Shown piece by piece: positions 11,390 to 25,123 of a DNA stretch of 64,000 nucleotides. The DNA is from Syncephalis fuscata S228. Its lineage: Eukaryota > Fungi > Zoopagomycota. The position numbers and the translations under genes were made by a program. The notes under the pieces were generated by a model. The model ran no database searches. It saw nothing but the letters and a program-made list of their open reading frames with translations, and was not told the origin of the DNA. Numbering within the stretch: the first letter of the stretch is position 1; the number at the start of each line of letters is the position of its first letter. Where the stretch lies: NCBI GenBank assembly GCA_025786725.1, contig JAHLTZ010000049.1, positions 1 through 64,000 of the forward strand, given 5' to 3'.

Positions 11390-14300
11390 ATGGCGACCTA
11401 TGGCTCCTACAGTTCTCGGTCAGACCGGACAAAGTCTGACCAAGAGCTAGCACTGCATGTTAAGAAAATGACCTCACCCGATGAGACCTCGCCTAAACAA
11501 AAGCATGTCCGTGGTAAGTAGCAGTAGCAGTAGCAGTAATAACAGTCGTCAGTCTATAATGGTGTAGCTTTATGTCAATACAAACTCGCGCGATAAAGTA
11601 TTAATATTTTGTATTGAATATAGCCTGTATCGTCTATACATGGGACCATAAAACATCCAATCCCATCTGGTCGCAATTAAAAATCCAACCAATTCATGGC
11701 GATGAAGTTATGTGTTTCAAAGCGCTTATATCTGCGCATAAAATCATCCGCGGTGGCCATCCCAATGTAGGCTTAACATTAATAGTAACATCTGTACAGT
11801 TGTTAATATAAATAAACCGATAGACATTAAAAGAAGCGATGCGTGAGGCACCGTTCTTTGAAACACTTAGTCGTTCCGTATCTGGTGATGGTGTCCGAGG
11901 TAATTATCAAATAGGCGTGGCATTACTGTCAGCTATAAATACTAATATATAATGTACTATTTAGGCTATGGTACAATGATTCGCGCATATATCAAATTGA
12001 TTCTAGCCAAACTTGAATTTCATTCACTGCATAGAGATTTCAATGGCACATTTGATTATGAAGACTATATCAGTTTAAAGGGCACCGATAATCCTGATGA
12101 AGGATATGAAACAGTCATGGATCTCATGGTGCTACAGGATAAAGTCGATGCTTTCCAAAAGCTGGTATTTAGACATTTCCGTCCTTCATCCAACAATGAA
12201 TGTCGTATTGCAGCACTTGTACCAATGGTTGAGGAAAGCTACGGTATTTACAAGTTTGTTATGAGTATGCTGATTGCATTACATAAATGTAAGTGACCAT
12301 GGATAGTAAAATTGACTAAGAGCGATAGTAATACAGTCTATTTGCTAATATTAACTACTTGATTACAGTGACCAACTCGGAGGATGCATTGGCTCCATTA
12401 AGACAGCGATTTAATGCACAACATTATGCTCTACTTAAGTTCTATTATGAATGTTCAAATCTAAAATATCTGACTAGTCTAATCACTGTACCGAAATTGC
12501 CTAATGTAAGTTATCTACAGAACAGTATAATAAGCGATGCCAATATTTGTAATGATATTAGGATCCACCAAATCTATTTGATACACCCAATGCTGTTGTT
12601 CCTTATCGTCGACCAGCCACGCCACCACCACCACCACGACAGCCTTCACCGCCCACACCAGAAGTAGCAATTCGGGCTATTGTATCCGAGACTGAACCGA
12701 ATCCACGACCTGTAGTCGACTTCTGGAGTGAAGATCAACAAAAGATTGATGTAGTTGAACGACAATACACAATTCAGCAACAGAATCTACAGCAACAACA
12801 AATGCTATGGCAGCAGCAAATGATGCAACAGCGCTTGCAACAACAGCGCGAATTTGATGAACAACAGCGTTTACAAGCAGAACGTGAACGTCTAGCACAA
12901 GAACAGTTTGCCCGTGAACAGATGCAGCGTCAATCGCAAGGGCAGCTACTGATCTTGAACGAGAATGCTAACTATAAAAATCAACATGAACGCGATCAAA
13001 TGCTTTTAGAGCAATACAATACGGTAAGAGACCAGTATTTTATTAATTAGCAATATTGATTAACATTATTAATATACAACAAATATTTGTTAATAGAGAT
13101 TCGTGCTTGGAACAAGAATGAGTCAAATGAATCTTAATAATCAAGCACGGGATTCCAGTAAGGATTCGTTGATTAAATCACTCCAAGGTAGTGTGTTGAC
13201 ATGGATTGTGATAATTAAGCTTATTTTATTATTAGATCAACTTGCTTTATGGAAATCAAAATATGAACAGTTGGCTAAATTGTACCAACAATTACGCCAA
13301 GAGCATTTAGAACTATTGGGCAAGTACAAACAAGCACAGCAAAGGTTAAAGATGCGTCGGAAGCATTGGAAAAACTTGAAAAGATGCAACTGAGATTCGA
13401 GTAAGTACTATTAGATAAATAGCTATTTATTCTAACTAATGAATAATAATCGTTGTTATTAGAACAAGAATCTACAGCTTGCTGATATGATTCGTGAACG
13501 TGATCGTATTAAGGCAGATCTGGCCCGACAAAAGACGGTAAGTTGATGTAATCAATTAAAAGTGGTACTCATTATATTTATATTTATTAAACAGTCGCAA
13601 CAGGATGAACTTGATCGCTTGAAACGTGAATTGGCACAAAGCCAGGCACAGGCTGAAGAATTGGGCAAAGTAAGTTGGTTAAAAAAGTATAAATTATAGA
13701 TAATTAATTTATGATTCTGTATAGTCAAAGAGTGCCGAAGTAGGTGGCATGTTGGCCAGTTCAATGCTGAGAAAGAAGCATTGAACGATTAATATCAGAA
13801 AAGCAAAATGATATTAATAAATTGCTACGTGAATTGAAGAGCGTAAAGGAGATGTAGAGCGTATGGAGCAGGTACGTATTTACTATTATTAATCTCAATA
13901 TAAGCCAATGGTATAAATATGTGGTAATAGGCGAAGAATGAAGAAATTGCTATTCTACAAGCTGGTATGGATCAAGGTCTTTTGGCTTTGGCCGATCTAC
14001 AAAATGTACGTATTATATAGCATTTAATCGTCAATTACTTACTAATAGTATATTAACAACAACGATTACTTAGGCATCTTCGTCATCAGAAACTGATTTA
14101 CGAGCGGCCATGGAAAGACTCAAACTGGAACATGCTGATCGATTAAGCAAGATTCTAGGTAAGTAATGTGTATAATGAATAATAAGCAATCATTAATCAG
14201 TCTAATGATATTAGACAGTATTTTATTGGGATGTTTACAAAGGTTGATGAGTCGATCTTTGAACTTGAATCGCCGGCCCATCAAGGCAATCAAACAGCCA

Positions 14301-15439
14301 CACCCGAGTATATACTTACTATGGTAGAGAGTGTAAACGATGCCTCTACCGACTTTGCCATTGCTTGTACGCAGCATATTCAAGGACGTGGTGATCAGAC
14401 TGAGGTTATTGCTAGTGCCACAACATTTGCACAAATTATTGGACAATTACTACACAACGGCAAGGGAGTGACTCGACTGGCCGGTGATGGTAGTGTGGCC
14501 GAGAAGCTTATTGATTCTGCAAAAGGCACGGCCGAGTCAACTCAAAACTTCTTCCATAAGATTCTTTCTAGCAATATGAAAGGCATGCCACAATCAGCAC
14601 GAGTTGACTCGGTAGCTCATGCAAATGTTGAGGTCCAAGATCATTTTGGCCACCTTTAGCAGTCCTTACCGAATCGCTTATTCCCAAAGAGGCCAGCACG
14701 GTGACCGATATGAGTGGTGATGTAGCCACTATTGTTGAGGATCAAATGGTGGCAGCTGCTCGGGCCATCCAAGAAGCGGCCGATCGTATTGCCGCACTAC
14801 GTGATAAAACGCACGATCCGCTACTATCGGCCAGTGGATCGTAGTGTCCACGCGGCCATTCTCGATGCTGTTATGGCTATGATGAACGCCATTGCTAATC
14901 TAATTAAATGTGCCACGGATACACAACAGGAAATTGTTGCTCATGGACGCGGTAGCAGTACCAGTACCGAATTTTACAAAAAGATAATCGATGGACCGAA
15001 GGACTTATTTCGGCCGCTAAAGCAGTGGCCACTGCAACGAATACACTTGTCGAAGCGGCCGACGGTGTTATAACGGCACGCATGACTTTGAATACTTGAT
15101 TGTAGCATCGAATGAAGTGGCCGCCGCTACGGTTCAACTTGTGGCCGCAGCCCGTGTCAAATCGGTTGCCATGTCAAAGACGCAAGATAATCTGGAATTG
15201 GCCAGTAAAGCGGTGACCGATGCCGTAAGGCCCTTGTCAATGCAGTGCGCAGTATAATGAACCAAAAGTCGCAAGAGAAGGATATTGATCTCGAGAAGCT
15301 ATCGGCGTACGAATTAAAGAAGCGTGAACTCGAACTACAAGCGGATATTCTACGTCTCAAGCAAGAACTCGATACGCAACATCGTCGACTAGGCGAGATG
15401 CGTCGCTACAACTATCACGCTGAGGAAGGCGCCGAATAA
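11390..15439 (+). CDS. SLA2: SLA2/End4/HIP1-like endocytic adaptor (ANTH, coiled coil, I/LWEQ talin-like domain); several single-base indels in this sequence
   Basis: ETSPKQKHVRACIVYTWDHK, FNGTFDYEDYISLK, SSNNECRIAALVP, FYYECSNLKYLTSLITVPKLP, ALWKSKYEQLAKLY, RWTEGLISAAKAVA, LIVASNEVAAATVQLVAAARVKS, RRLGEMRRYNY. Confidence 0.95.
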
Positions 15440-15656
15440 TAAACTAAATGGAATATTCATTTTAACACTAACTGTATTGCAAATAATGATTTTTCTTGTT
15501 TGTCTATCCACTGACAAATATATGTTCTATGATAATGAGTGTGTTTTTGTGCAATTAGCTCTTAGTCTTTTTAATTGATATTTTGCTATACATTTGTTGT
15601 GTTGATGAGCATGTTCTATGATAACAAATCTATGATTATTTAATTATATTGTGATC

Positions 15657-16173
15657 TGATGGTCAATGGCTACATTTAATAATGTTCAGTCTATTGAACA
15701 TGGTGATGAGTGGTGAATGACACCAATTATCAAAAATACTCATCATTGTAGATTATTATCCAGTATGCATATATCCTCTATTCATACATATCATTACTAT
15801 TTTATATTTATTATTACATATCATTCTATTGTTGGAAATTTAACAAAGTTAACAAGTATATAAGCAATATAGTCATCGTGCAGTAGCTGTGCATATATGG
15901 CAGTGGTAGGAGTGGTAGATCACACTACTGCACCGACACTAAAAACTTATTCTGTGACTATAATAGCAGTGCTTTCTATACTATTACTACTGTATGTGTA
16001 CAGCAGAGTACGCAGTAACTGGTGACTACATGCCACCAAGGCCACTGTATGTTTTGTCTGCCATAGATTGCTACTGCAAATTGTTTTGACCTCAGTGTGT
16101 ACAGTCTCGACAGCAGCAAAACACACTATCACTGTTGAGATTGAAGGTTATTGTCAAATAACCTGCAATGACA
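15657..16173 (-). repeat. Right arm of ~510-bp inverted repeat enclosing SLA2
   Basis: Reverse complement of 10422-10931. Confidence 0.92.
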
Positions 16174-16391
16174 ATTTAGATAGTAGTTATTCAAAGTATT
16201 TTTTTGCTACTAATATTATTGCAATATTAATAGTATGCTTTATGGTAAAAAATAAAGTTATTTAACCACCAAAACTACTTATTATCATAGAACCTATTAA
16301 GTAAATTTATTTATTACCATAGGGATATCATTAATATTGCAATAACATTATTAGCAAAAAATACTTTGAATAAACTACTATCTAAATTGTC
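16170..16391. mobile_element. MITE-like element, ~220 bp with ~80-bp terminal inverted repeats
   Basis: gacaatttagatagtagttattcaaagtattttttgcta...ttgcaatattaat pairs with attaatattgcaa...tagcaaaaaatactttgaataaactactatctaaattgtc. Confidence 0.8.
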
Positions 16392-17349
16392 GTGGCATGG
16401 TGCTTCTAAGTTGGCCCACACAAAATGTAACATGTTAGCGTGTTTAGAAAGGCAAAACGATGGCCTATTAGCCTGTATAAATAAATAAGACCTCTGCTCT
16501 ACTACTTAGTGTTTGCAATAAATAAGGGATATAGGCCAATATCAATCCTGCCTATCTGTATACAATAGGCGCATGGTTATTAGTTACTGCATTTGGTACT
16601 ATAGTTAGTTATAGTCAGTAATAGTACTATGTAAATACATAGTCTCTATTACAGCCGTCATTGAGAAATGGGCAAGGGGCTTGAATATACCATATGCTTC
16701 TAGTGTGGTAAAGGCCACTTAGTGATGGCCATGGCTGAAAACATAGCTTAATGATCTACATATACGCTGTCAAGGCCACGCACTATACACAGTAACGACA
16801 GCCACAGTTATTACACAGAGAGTAGCTATCGCTGTTAGTGGCTAGGCAGCCTTATCGCATGTACTACTCGCCTTGAAATAGATACCGCGTGTAGTCACAG
16901 CAGTTATTCTTGTACACACACACATACACATGCTGTGTGCCATCCAGTTTTTTATATCCTTCCAGGGATGCATGGAATAGTAGCAAGATTGATAATTATC
17001 GTTTGGCCCTGTTACTGCCACGACACTTCATAGAACCTTACTCACCTTTCACTTTTATCTTCTATTGCCCACTTCCTCTTTACTAGCCTAAACCAACCAC
17101 CTTTCTATCAATCCACTCGCTCGTTTATCTACGTTAATTTGTCTTTAATCTCTTATAAAACTTCACATCAATTGATAGAACGAATCAGGCTAGAATCGTA
17201 AACAATAACAGCTCCGCTTCCACACCTTTACCATTATTGCAATAGCAAATATCACCGTAATTAATGAATCAATAGATGCCATTGTGTATGTTTCCCTGCA
17301 TCTACTTATTACTGAACAACTCAATTAATTTACTACATTAATTTGCAAC

Positions 17350-19164
17350 ATGAATCATCGTAAATCTCGTTTGGTGCATTGCCATCAAAAATAATGCTAC
17401 TTCATTTATTGCCATCGTTAAACACCATCACCGACTTAATTAATGTCGCTTGTTGCAGTCGAGAACTCTGGAATCTAATCATCCGTGATAGCTCGAGCGA
17501 AGAATGTGAGAGAACGACTTTCTATGGGAAGGTCGCTATCGTCGAGATTTCAAACCAGACTATGAGGAAAATAAAGCACTGGCTGTAAAACGACTGCTGT
17601 GCACACCGGAACAACTCGCCGCAGCGGCTAATGTCGACTTTGCAGCTTTAGAATCACCCACACGTGATCTGGCTTTACTCGGCCTGCCCGACCCGTTTGC
17701 ATCAAAGAACCGCGATAGTATGCGATCATTTTCCTCTTTGGCCGAAAGTGCCCGCAACGCTGTGCCCGATCCCGAAAGCTGGCTTCAGCTGTATCGGCGA
17801 CGAGCAATTCAAGGCGAGGCTTGGTGCGGTGGCGATCTACGTGGTCAATGGGCACCATCGGTATTTGGTGAATCGATTCAAGATGTGTTATACCTCGATA
17901 TGCGCGATGCCATCCACGAACAGCAAGGTCATATCGTACGTCGTGCCCTTGTACAACGTGTGGATGGCAAAGGTTTTCTATTGTTGGAATCGCGAGCTCC
18001 ACGCGACAATGAACCCATTCGACCCACAAGCCGTCGTGGTCTAACGACTTTACCACGATGCTGGCGCTGGACTAAAATACGCGATCTGCCGTGGAAAGGC
18101 TGGCAAGCTGGCGAAAACGTCAAGTTTGACTATCGCGGCAGTGTTGGCATTATTAACGAACAATATGCTGTGATAACAACTAGGTGCTTAAAACCTGGCT
18201 CATCAATTGATTGGACCTGGTGCCTACTTGCTTGGCGGATACGCGATGGCCGTCTATTACAGGCCACAACGCATCTAGCCGACCCGGCTCATCTCGAGCT
18301 TGATGGCCGTCTTTTATTGCACACAGAAAAGCAGCGTAACACCGAACCAGTCGCCGTTCTTCACGATTTGGAAACAATGTCACGCGACGCTTTAAAATCG
18401 ATGCCCTTACTGTGGTGCCCAGTAATCCAGAAATAGCAAGCTCGCCACTTGTCCGCTATAAGCCGCCAGTCGAACGAGGGCCAGTACACACAACACGACG
18501 CATTTGCCATTTGCATCGTTGGCTCAGCCTTTGGCCACGTTGCACGACAAAAGCGTAGGTGTATTCGAGCACTGGTTTTCGGGCGCCTATTTCCACTGGC
18601 GTCTAGTTTCGAGTTGTGGCGAAATGGCTGTGCGCGAGATTGCATCTGGCAAATGCCGTGGCACTAAAAACGTCGTAGCACTTCGGTCCCACTGTGTGGA
18701 TGACACACTAACGTTAGTGGAGGGCCGATTTGAAGACGACGATGGCGGCAGCTACCTTGCTCTATTTCACTATCCAAGAAACGCTTTATATGGGAGCGTG
18801 TTGAAACAGGCACCAATATACCGCGTAAGTCTATCATACTACCATCTTATAACGTGGTGCTTCGTCAATTGACGGACACTATCGTCGCTATTGATCTGAA
18901 ACCGGCGAGGTAAGCCGCTGGATTCCAATTGAAGAAAACATGATGCAGCCAGCCTGTCGATTGCTGGGATCTTTATGCTTTGTTGGATTCTCTTGGCGCG
19001 AACAGCATGCCATCATTCTGGATGCTGCTACCGGCCAGATCTATTATCATCAGTTTCCTATTCCTACCGTGGCTCATGGGCCAAACTTTATTGCTATTCA
19101 AGGTCAACTTTGCTATTACTCTTATGCTGGGCTGTTAATGACCGAGCCCAATTGTCCTGTATAA
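17350..19164 (+). CDS. F-box-like protein with unknown C-terminal region, broken by frameshifts
   Basis: N-terminal LPSKIMLLHLLPSLNTITDLINVACCSRELWNLI is F-box-like. It is followed by GC-richer + strand ORFs at 17720-18436, 18504-18872 and 18940-19164. Confidence 0.55.
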
Positions 19165-19636
19165 CTTTTTTTACATTTTACTACTAGCTTCAGAAATGCT
19201 ATTTACTAAGACACTATACGATTTATTGCAATTCAAAGCACATACACATACAAATACCACACACACACAGATATATATTATATAAAGACTTCTTTTGACT
19301 AACCTTACAGTTATAAAATATAAAGATATTTACTTCACACTGGTGGCTACATGTTGCTGATGATTATGATTTTATGATAGTGTAATGAGATACTTACTTA
19401 TTTAAAGTGACTTTTTAAGCATAATACAGTGCCCAAGTTAATTTACGGCCGGGTATTTAATTGTAGGTTAATTCAATAGACGGCTTTTATTAGATTGGAA
19501 TAATATAATTCTAATTGCCATAAATAAATCATAACAAAGCCTGCTTTGTGTTTTATCAAGATAGTCCAATATTCAATAATCGTTGTGTATAATGTGTGTA
19601 TGTTGTGTAACTATATAAACCGGATAATAATATTCG

Positions 19637-20622
19637 TTAAAATTCGTTAAGATCAATATGAAAAAAAGATTGCAACTGTGATGATGCAATAGTGTTATGG
19701 TTTGTTTGACCACTATGTGTAAGAGCCAGACCATTTCGAATATCTTTGGTATGGTTTACAAGTAGTACAGATGTAATGGCCCTAAATTAATATAAAGATA
19801 ACTAATTAGTTGCTTGCACTATTATATTAATAGCATATTGCTTACCAATCGGCAATCCACCACGTCTCAGAAGTGTTGCCAATAAATTTAAATGTCACAA
19901 TAAACAAACAAACAATATTGGAAAGAATGATAAGGCACATGGTTCGGACGCCATCCTCCGTCAATTGCTTCCATGCTTCAGAGCCAAATAGTCGATAATG
20001 GCGGTAAACAACATTGATAAAGGCAGCGGAAAATACAATGTTTAACGAAACATCTAGACCAAACTTTAGCCAAGGAAAGTAGACGGGCAGTATTGCGGAG
20101 CAGCCAGCAATAGGATCCATCGTAGCACTGCCTAGACGCCATACGACGTAGATGAGAAACGGCTGTGGCAGCATTAGAACAATGCCTGCAACGAGTAAAG
20201 TACGGCTGCGTTGATTGGCCAAAATGCTTTGTGCAACAGAGCAGTACTAACGGATAGCGTTGATACAACGAGACACAGAAATGCATACCAAACGCTTGTG
20301 TGGCAGGACGGCCATTGGGCAATGCGGTCATCAGGAATAGACACCCAAAGCTAATGCCCATGGCCGACTGGACGAAGCAGCACCAGGCCGGCACCAATGT
20401 AGGGCGGGCGTACAGCATCCGTAAAGCATGCCATGTATTGCGCAAGAATAGATAAAGCACACCGGTATTAATAAGAAGCTGAATAAAAATACCCTGTACA
20501 CGACTGCGCATCTCGGCTAGATCGTCGCCGGCCGCTTCAAAATACTGAATAGCATTGAACTTGCCTAAATGGCTGATTGGCACATTCTCCATAGCATAGG
20601 AGCCATTGCCAGCCTGCCACAT
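19637..20622 (-). CDS. Lineage-expanded 7TM/GPCR-like membrane protein (paralog of 36788-37863); frameshift near 20220-20300
   Basis: ORFs 19978-20646 and 19842-20222 together align with the 36788 paralog (EMRSRxxG, WCCxxQ, LMLPQP, FPWxKFGxD, FGSxAW, SNIVC, DW). Both genes have an intron in the final DW codon. Confidence 0.8.
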
Positions 20623-21943
20623 TGCGGCAGCAAGTTCAATTAACAAGAAAAGAGCGACTTAGAAAATAGTACAACTATAAAGACCAAAAAGAAATAAAAG
20701 ACATGGAAATACTACAAAAACATGAGCGATAGAGTAGAGTTAAAGGGAAACTAATAAACAAACGTTGTTAGAAAGCAAGTATCCGGTACTAGAATCGATA
20801 AAAGATGGATCGTCAAATGATAGATAGATATATAGAAATATAAATATAAATCAGTATGTACCTGTCGCAGTTAATAAGGCATAACCGTAAAAAGTGCTTT
20901 TACAATTATTTTATTTCATTCATCCACATGATGTGTAATGTCAAGGCAAATAGTCGGGTTGTGTATGAAAATCGCTCGGCGTCATTGTATTGATGTTGCA
21001 CAATGGTGGTGATTGATAGACAATCGCGTGGCAAATGCAATACTGAATGACTACGATCGCTGATTGGTTCTTGCGACGATACTAGGCCTCTAGGTAAGCA
21101 AATACCTGTTCCTTCCTTATTGTTTCATTATAGAAAGCAGAGAAAGAAACAATGCTTGGCCAAGAGTAAAATAGTTTTGCATACCCATGAATGCCAAGCG
21201 ACTTGCAGGCTAGACTCTTACTAGTGCGTTAGAACAAGTAGCTGATAACTACTGCATGGCACAACAGAGTAACGTCACATATGTCCGTTGTTCATATTGC
21301 ATGGCTTGACGTAGATCACAACGTGACCTTTTAAATAATAAATAGATAATTTGTTATCGAAATATTTAGTATTGTGCGTTATCTAGTTATTTTTATATTT
21401 CAATATAAAAAACATCGTTGTGTTGTTTTTGATACATTATTCTGAGCATATAGAAAACTACTGTATAGCTAATTGCTTTTATTACTAGAATAAATAATGA
21501 CAACCTTTTCCGCATATTCTTTTGTGTGTTTTAGTATGTTTGTAATTGCATCTTTTATTACCAAGTACATTATAATGCGTAATACAATTAAATTTATTAA
21601 CGCCGTTTATTGTCTGTGTTATAACTCAAAATAGTAAAAATATGCTTCAAATAAAAATGAATAAAATAGTATCCAGTATAGTAAACATCATTACACTGAA
21701 TTACTATACAAAACAAATCATAAATCGTGATAAAGGTAATAAGTCGTAATAATGTAGGAAAAAAGAAATCGACAATACATTATCTTATCTTATTAACACT
21801 ACTCATTGTAAAATAGTTACTGAGTTGCTAATAACAATAATATAATCCTAATTAAAGAAAAGCAAGAAACAAAGAAACAAGTTGATTCCTAGCTGTAAAT
21901 AAGCCGGGAATGCATTGCTAAAATATTTAAGACGCTGGTGCAC

Positions 21944-24900
21944 TTATTCAGATTGCATCCAGGCTAGGAAGCCACCGATAAAGTAGCGTTCATAAAGCAA
22001 GCCCAAATAGAATGCTAGAAAGGCGACAAATGCCACAAATGCTACCTGGCCATCAGTTAGACGTTGCCAGCGAATAACACGCACTGGCATTGAAGGGATA
22101 GTTTCGCTACGTGTCTTACGGGTAAGTAAAATACCCGAAATGTTGGTTGTATCATTAAAGAACGAATCGACCGGTGTTGTAGCACTTGTTAATTGCGGAT
22201 CGGGTAACAATGATGCTGCAGTTACGGTGGTAGCTGTAGAAAAGCCTACCGATTTGCGTGTTTCAATACTGCCAACCGATGACTGACTTGTGTGCACAGC
22301 AGCACTGGCACGTGGACGAAGCATGGCATTGCTGCTGGTGCTACTATTAACACTATTAACACTAGCCATGTTATTGACTGTACCACTGCTTTTTACAATG
22401 CTTCGTGGCGTAGCTGATGATACAACATTGGCTGGTGTCGCGGTTGTTGTTGATGCCGTTGTTTGATTAGCTGTTGTAGCAGCTGGCTGGCTAGTGCCAA
22501 ATGGCTTGCCATTAAGTAAAACAGTGCCAGTGGCCTTTTTGCCAGTAGACTTTTCTATCTTGATATCTACACTGCCTGCATCCCGAAGAATAAGCCGGAA
22601 TCCATCTTCAACACGATGAAGCTCGGCATTTGCTGGATTGCTAGTAATTTCATAGCCTGTCTTTGACCAGGTACAGCGACCAAGCAATACTTCAGCACCG
22701 CGCATTTGGCCAGCACTGGTGGCATCCGATGTGAAGGTGGCCGACCAAATAGCTTTGGCGGCATCAAACGTCTCATTAGATCGGCCCAATGTCGTGCGAC
22801 TAATGCTCGGCGGTGGTGCATATTTTGTTAGGTAATCAGCAACCTTTGCTACACACATCGGTGTTTGCGTCTGCACTGCTTTCACCAATGATGACGGAAT
22901 AGAGCCGCGTGGATCAAACTGTGTGATATAGGTCATGTGGACCGTCGTTGTATCCTCGGGGCTTGTTTTGAGTATCCAGGCACTCAATCAAGCTGGGCGC
23001 GTACTCGCTTTGATTGTGCGGGAACACTTGGGTCCTCGACAGACACGGCAACAGCCTGTAGAGTGCCAGTTTCTGGATCACTACGTACTTCATTGGCCAC
23101 ACAAAAGTCACGGCCACTTACGGGGAAAGAGCCTTTAACAGCCGAATGGGCCAGTGCCGTACGAGCATCAAGCCATTCAACTATTTTACCACCATCAAAT
23201 CGCTCGTCCCAATGCTGGCGACAGTCGAGCGATCGCACTACAGCCATCACCTCCTCAATAGTCCATCCTTTGACAACAATGTCGCCACGGACAGCTGGCA
23301 TTGGTTTATCTGGCAATTGGTGGGTGTAGATGGATACGCCGCGCTGTTCGAGCTGCAGCTGCCATACATCTAGCGGCGATAGCTGATTGGTTAGATCACG
23401 TGCAGCCATGATTGCCTTTGCGTGTCGATGAGCTGGTGCTAGAATCGGCGTCGCAGATTGTCGACGTGACAATTGCGAAGATGGCCGTGAAGTATTTGAA
23501 CTGCGTGGTCTCGGCATATCTTCTTCAGCTAATGCTGTATTATTACTATTATTGTGCTGGTTGACAATACTACTGGCGTTACTATTCGTTGCAGTCACCT
23601 CGGGTAGACTGGCTTCTGCTACAAATATCGTGGGTTCTTCAGTAGGTACTATTTCTGGAAGATTGTTAGTATAGCCGGATAAATCAAATGATAATCTTGG
23701 TACGGCAACAGCTTCAAGTTCTGATTCCAATGTATTCTCGCGTGGACGAGTAATTTTGTGGGGATTGTCAGGCTCTACAAAAGATACTTGCAGATTGGGT
23801 CGGCTAGACGACTTTTCGCTAGAATTTGCTTTTAAAGAAGAATCTGCAGTTTGTACTTCTTGCGGTTCATCTGCCTTGTCAACCAACTCTTCTTTGGCAA
23901 TTTCTTTTTCATCTGTGGTCGATGTAGAAGTAATAACCTGTGGGTGGGATGTTTTGCGCTGTACGTACGCCAAGATATCTCCATGGCCTGCGCTAGGCAT
24001 CATTGATACGCGGTTACTGAGCAAATCCTGACTATTATCGTCGTCCTTTTTGCTATCAATGTCGCCATCGACAAATGAGGCATTAAACGGTCCATGTTGG
24101 TGCAAATACTGCTCAATAGCGTGAATAACAAGTGGCCGGCGTGATAGTACTCTTTTTTGCAGTACATGCGGTGCATTGCCACCAATATGAGTATGCAATA
24201 TATAGGTCACTTTGGTCGACAAATGGCCTGTATTGCCAATGCAGCTCTCCAAACACCAGCCATATAATCGTAGATGTGCACGAATCCGGCCGGGTACAGG
24301 CGGACATAGCTCGGTCGTTACCGAGGTGGAAGCAAACAATAGAATGTTTGGATGTTCCTCTAGTCGCTCAACCAAAACAAGATCACGCGGCCTATTATTA
24401 TAAACAAATCAGTGTTAATCAAATGCAATATAAACCAGTATAAATAAATATCCTACTTTGTAGACGGCACATGAACTTTCATTACCATTGATGTTAAGCT
24501 TGTTGAATTATCAAGATTCTCCACCAGATTGCCACGATCATACCATTCATCCCCTAAATAGATAAATATACGTGTTAAAGACTTAATATTGTAATTATAA
24601 CACATTGCTCACATAATTTCTTGTGTCGAGCTATTGACATTACTTCAGCTGGACTAAATCCCTCAATTACTTTATCACCTCGGTAAATGGGCATCTTATC
24701 TCCCTCAACTCGTTTTGTCCACACTTGAACACCACTACGATGTTTTGATTCACTTTTCCAGCCTGGAGAAACAAGCAGTTCCTTTAGCTGCTGAATAGCT
24801 TCCTCGCCCTTTCGAACTAGATCCTGTCGACTTAGCACGGTGGCCACGCTTATATCGGCATCAAAAATTGAGTCAATTTCTGCAGCCATATCTTCGTCAT

Positions 24901-25123
24901 CCGGAAGCATATCTTCGCCCACCGTGCTTTGATCGTTAAGCTGGCTACCATCAGCCCACATACCATCCGACACATGCTCGTCAATTGGCGAATTGGCACC
25001 GCTGTTTATTGGCGACACATCAATCGAGCCTAGCGACAGTTCTTGTCCGCGAAACTTTTTCTCCGAACGGGTCGACGAATGCAGTATCGACTGCTTCACA
25101 GACGGCTGCGACGACGGCGACAT
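21944..25123 (-). CDS. Lipid-transfer protein with two START/Bet v1-like domains and a C-terminal TM helix; 1-nt frameshift at ~22985
   Basis: GWKSESKHRSGVQVW, MPIYRGDKVIEG, WDERFDGG, FPVSGRDFC, TYITQFDPRGSIPSSLV and a C-terminal hydrophobic stretch. Introns near 24400-24600. Confidence 0.85.

Noticed and set aside
22980-22990. Possible programmed frameshift in the START gene, and similar breaks in the CAP gene at 28887-29391 and the 7TM gene near 20250
   Set aside because: No slippery heptamer or stimulatory structure was seen. Similar 1-nt indels are scattered across 12-30 kb, favouring sequence error.
22935-24443. Multiple + strand ORFs
   Set aside because: Antisense shadows of the START-domain gene.
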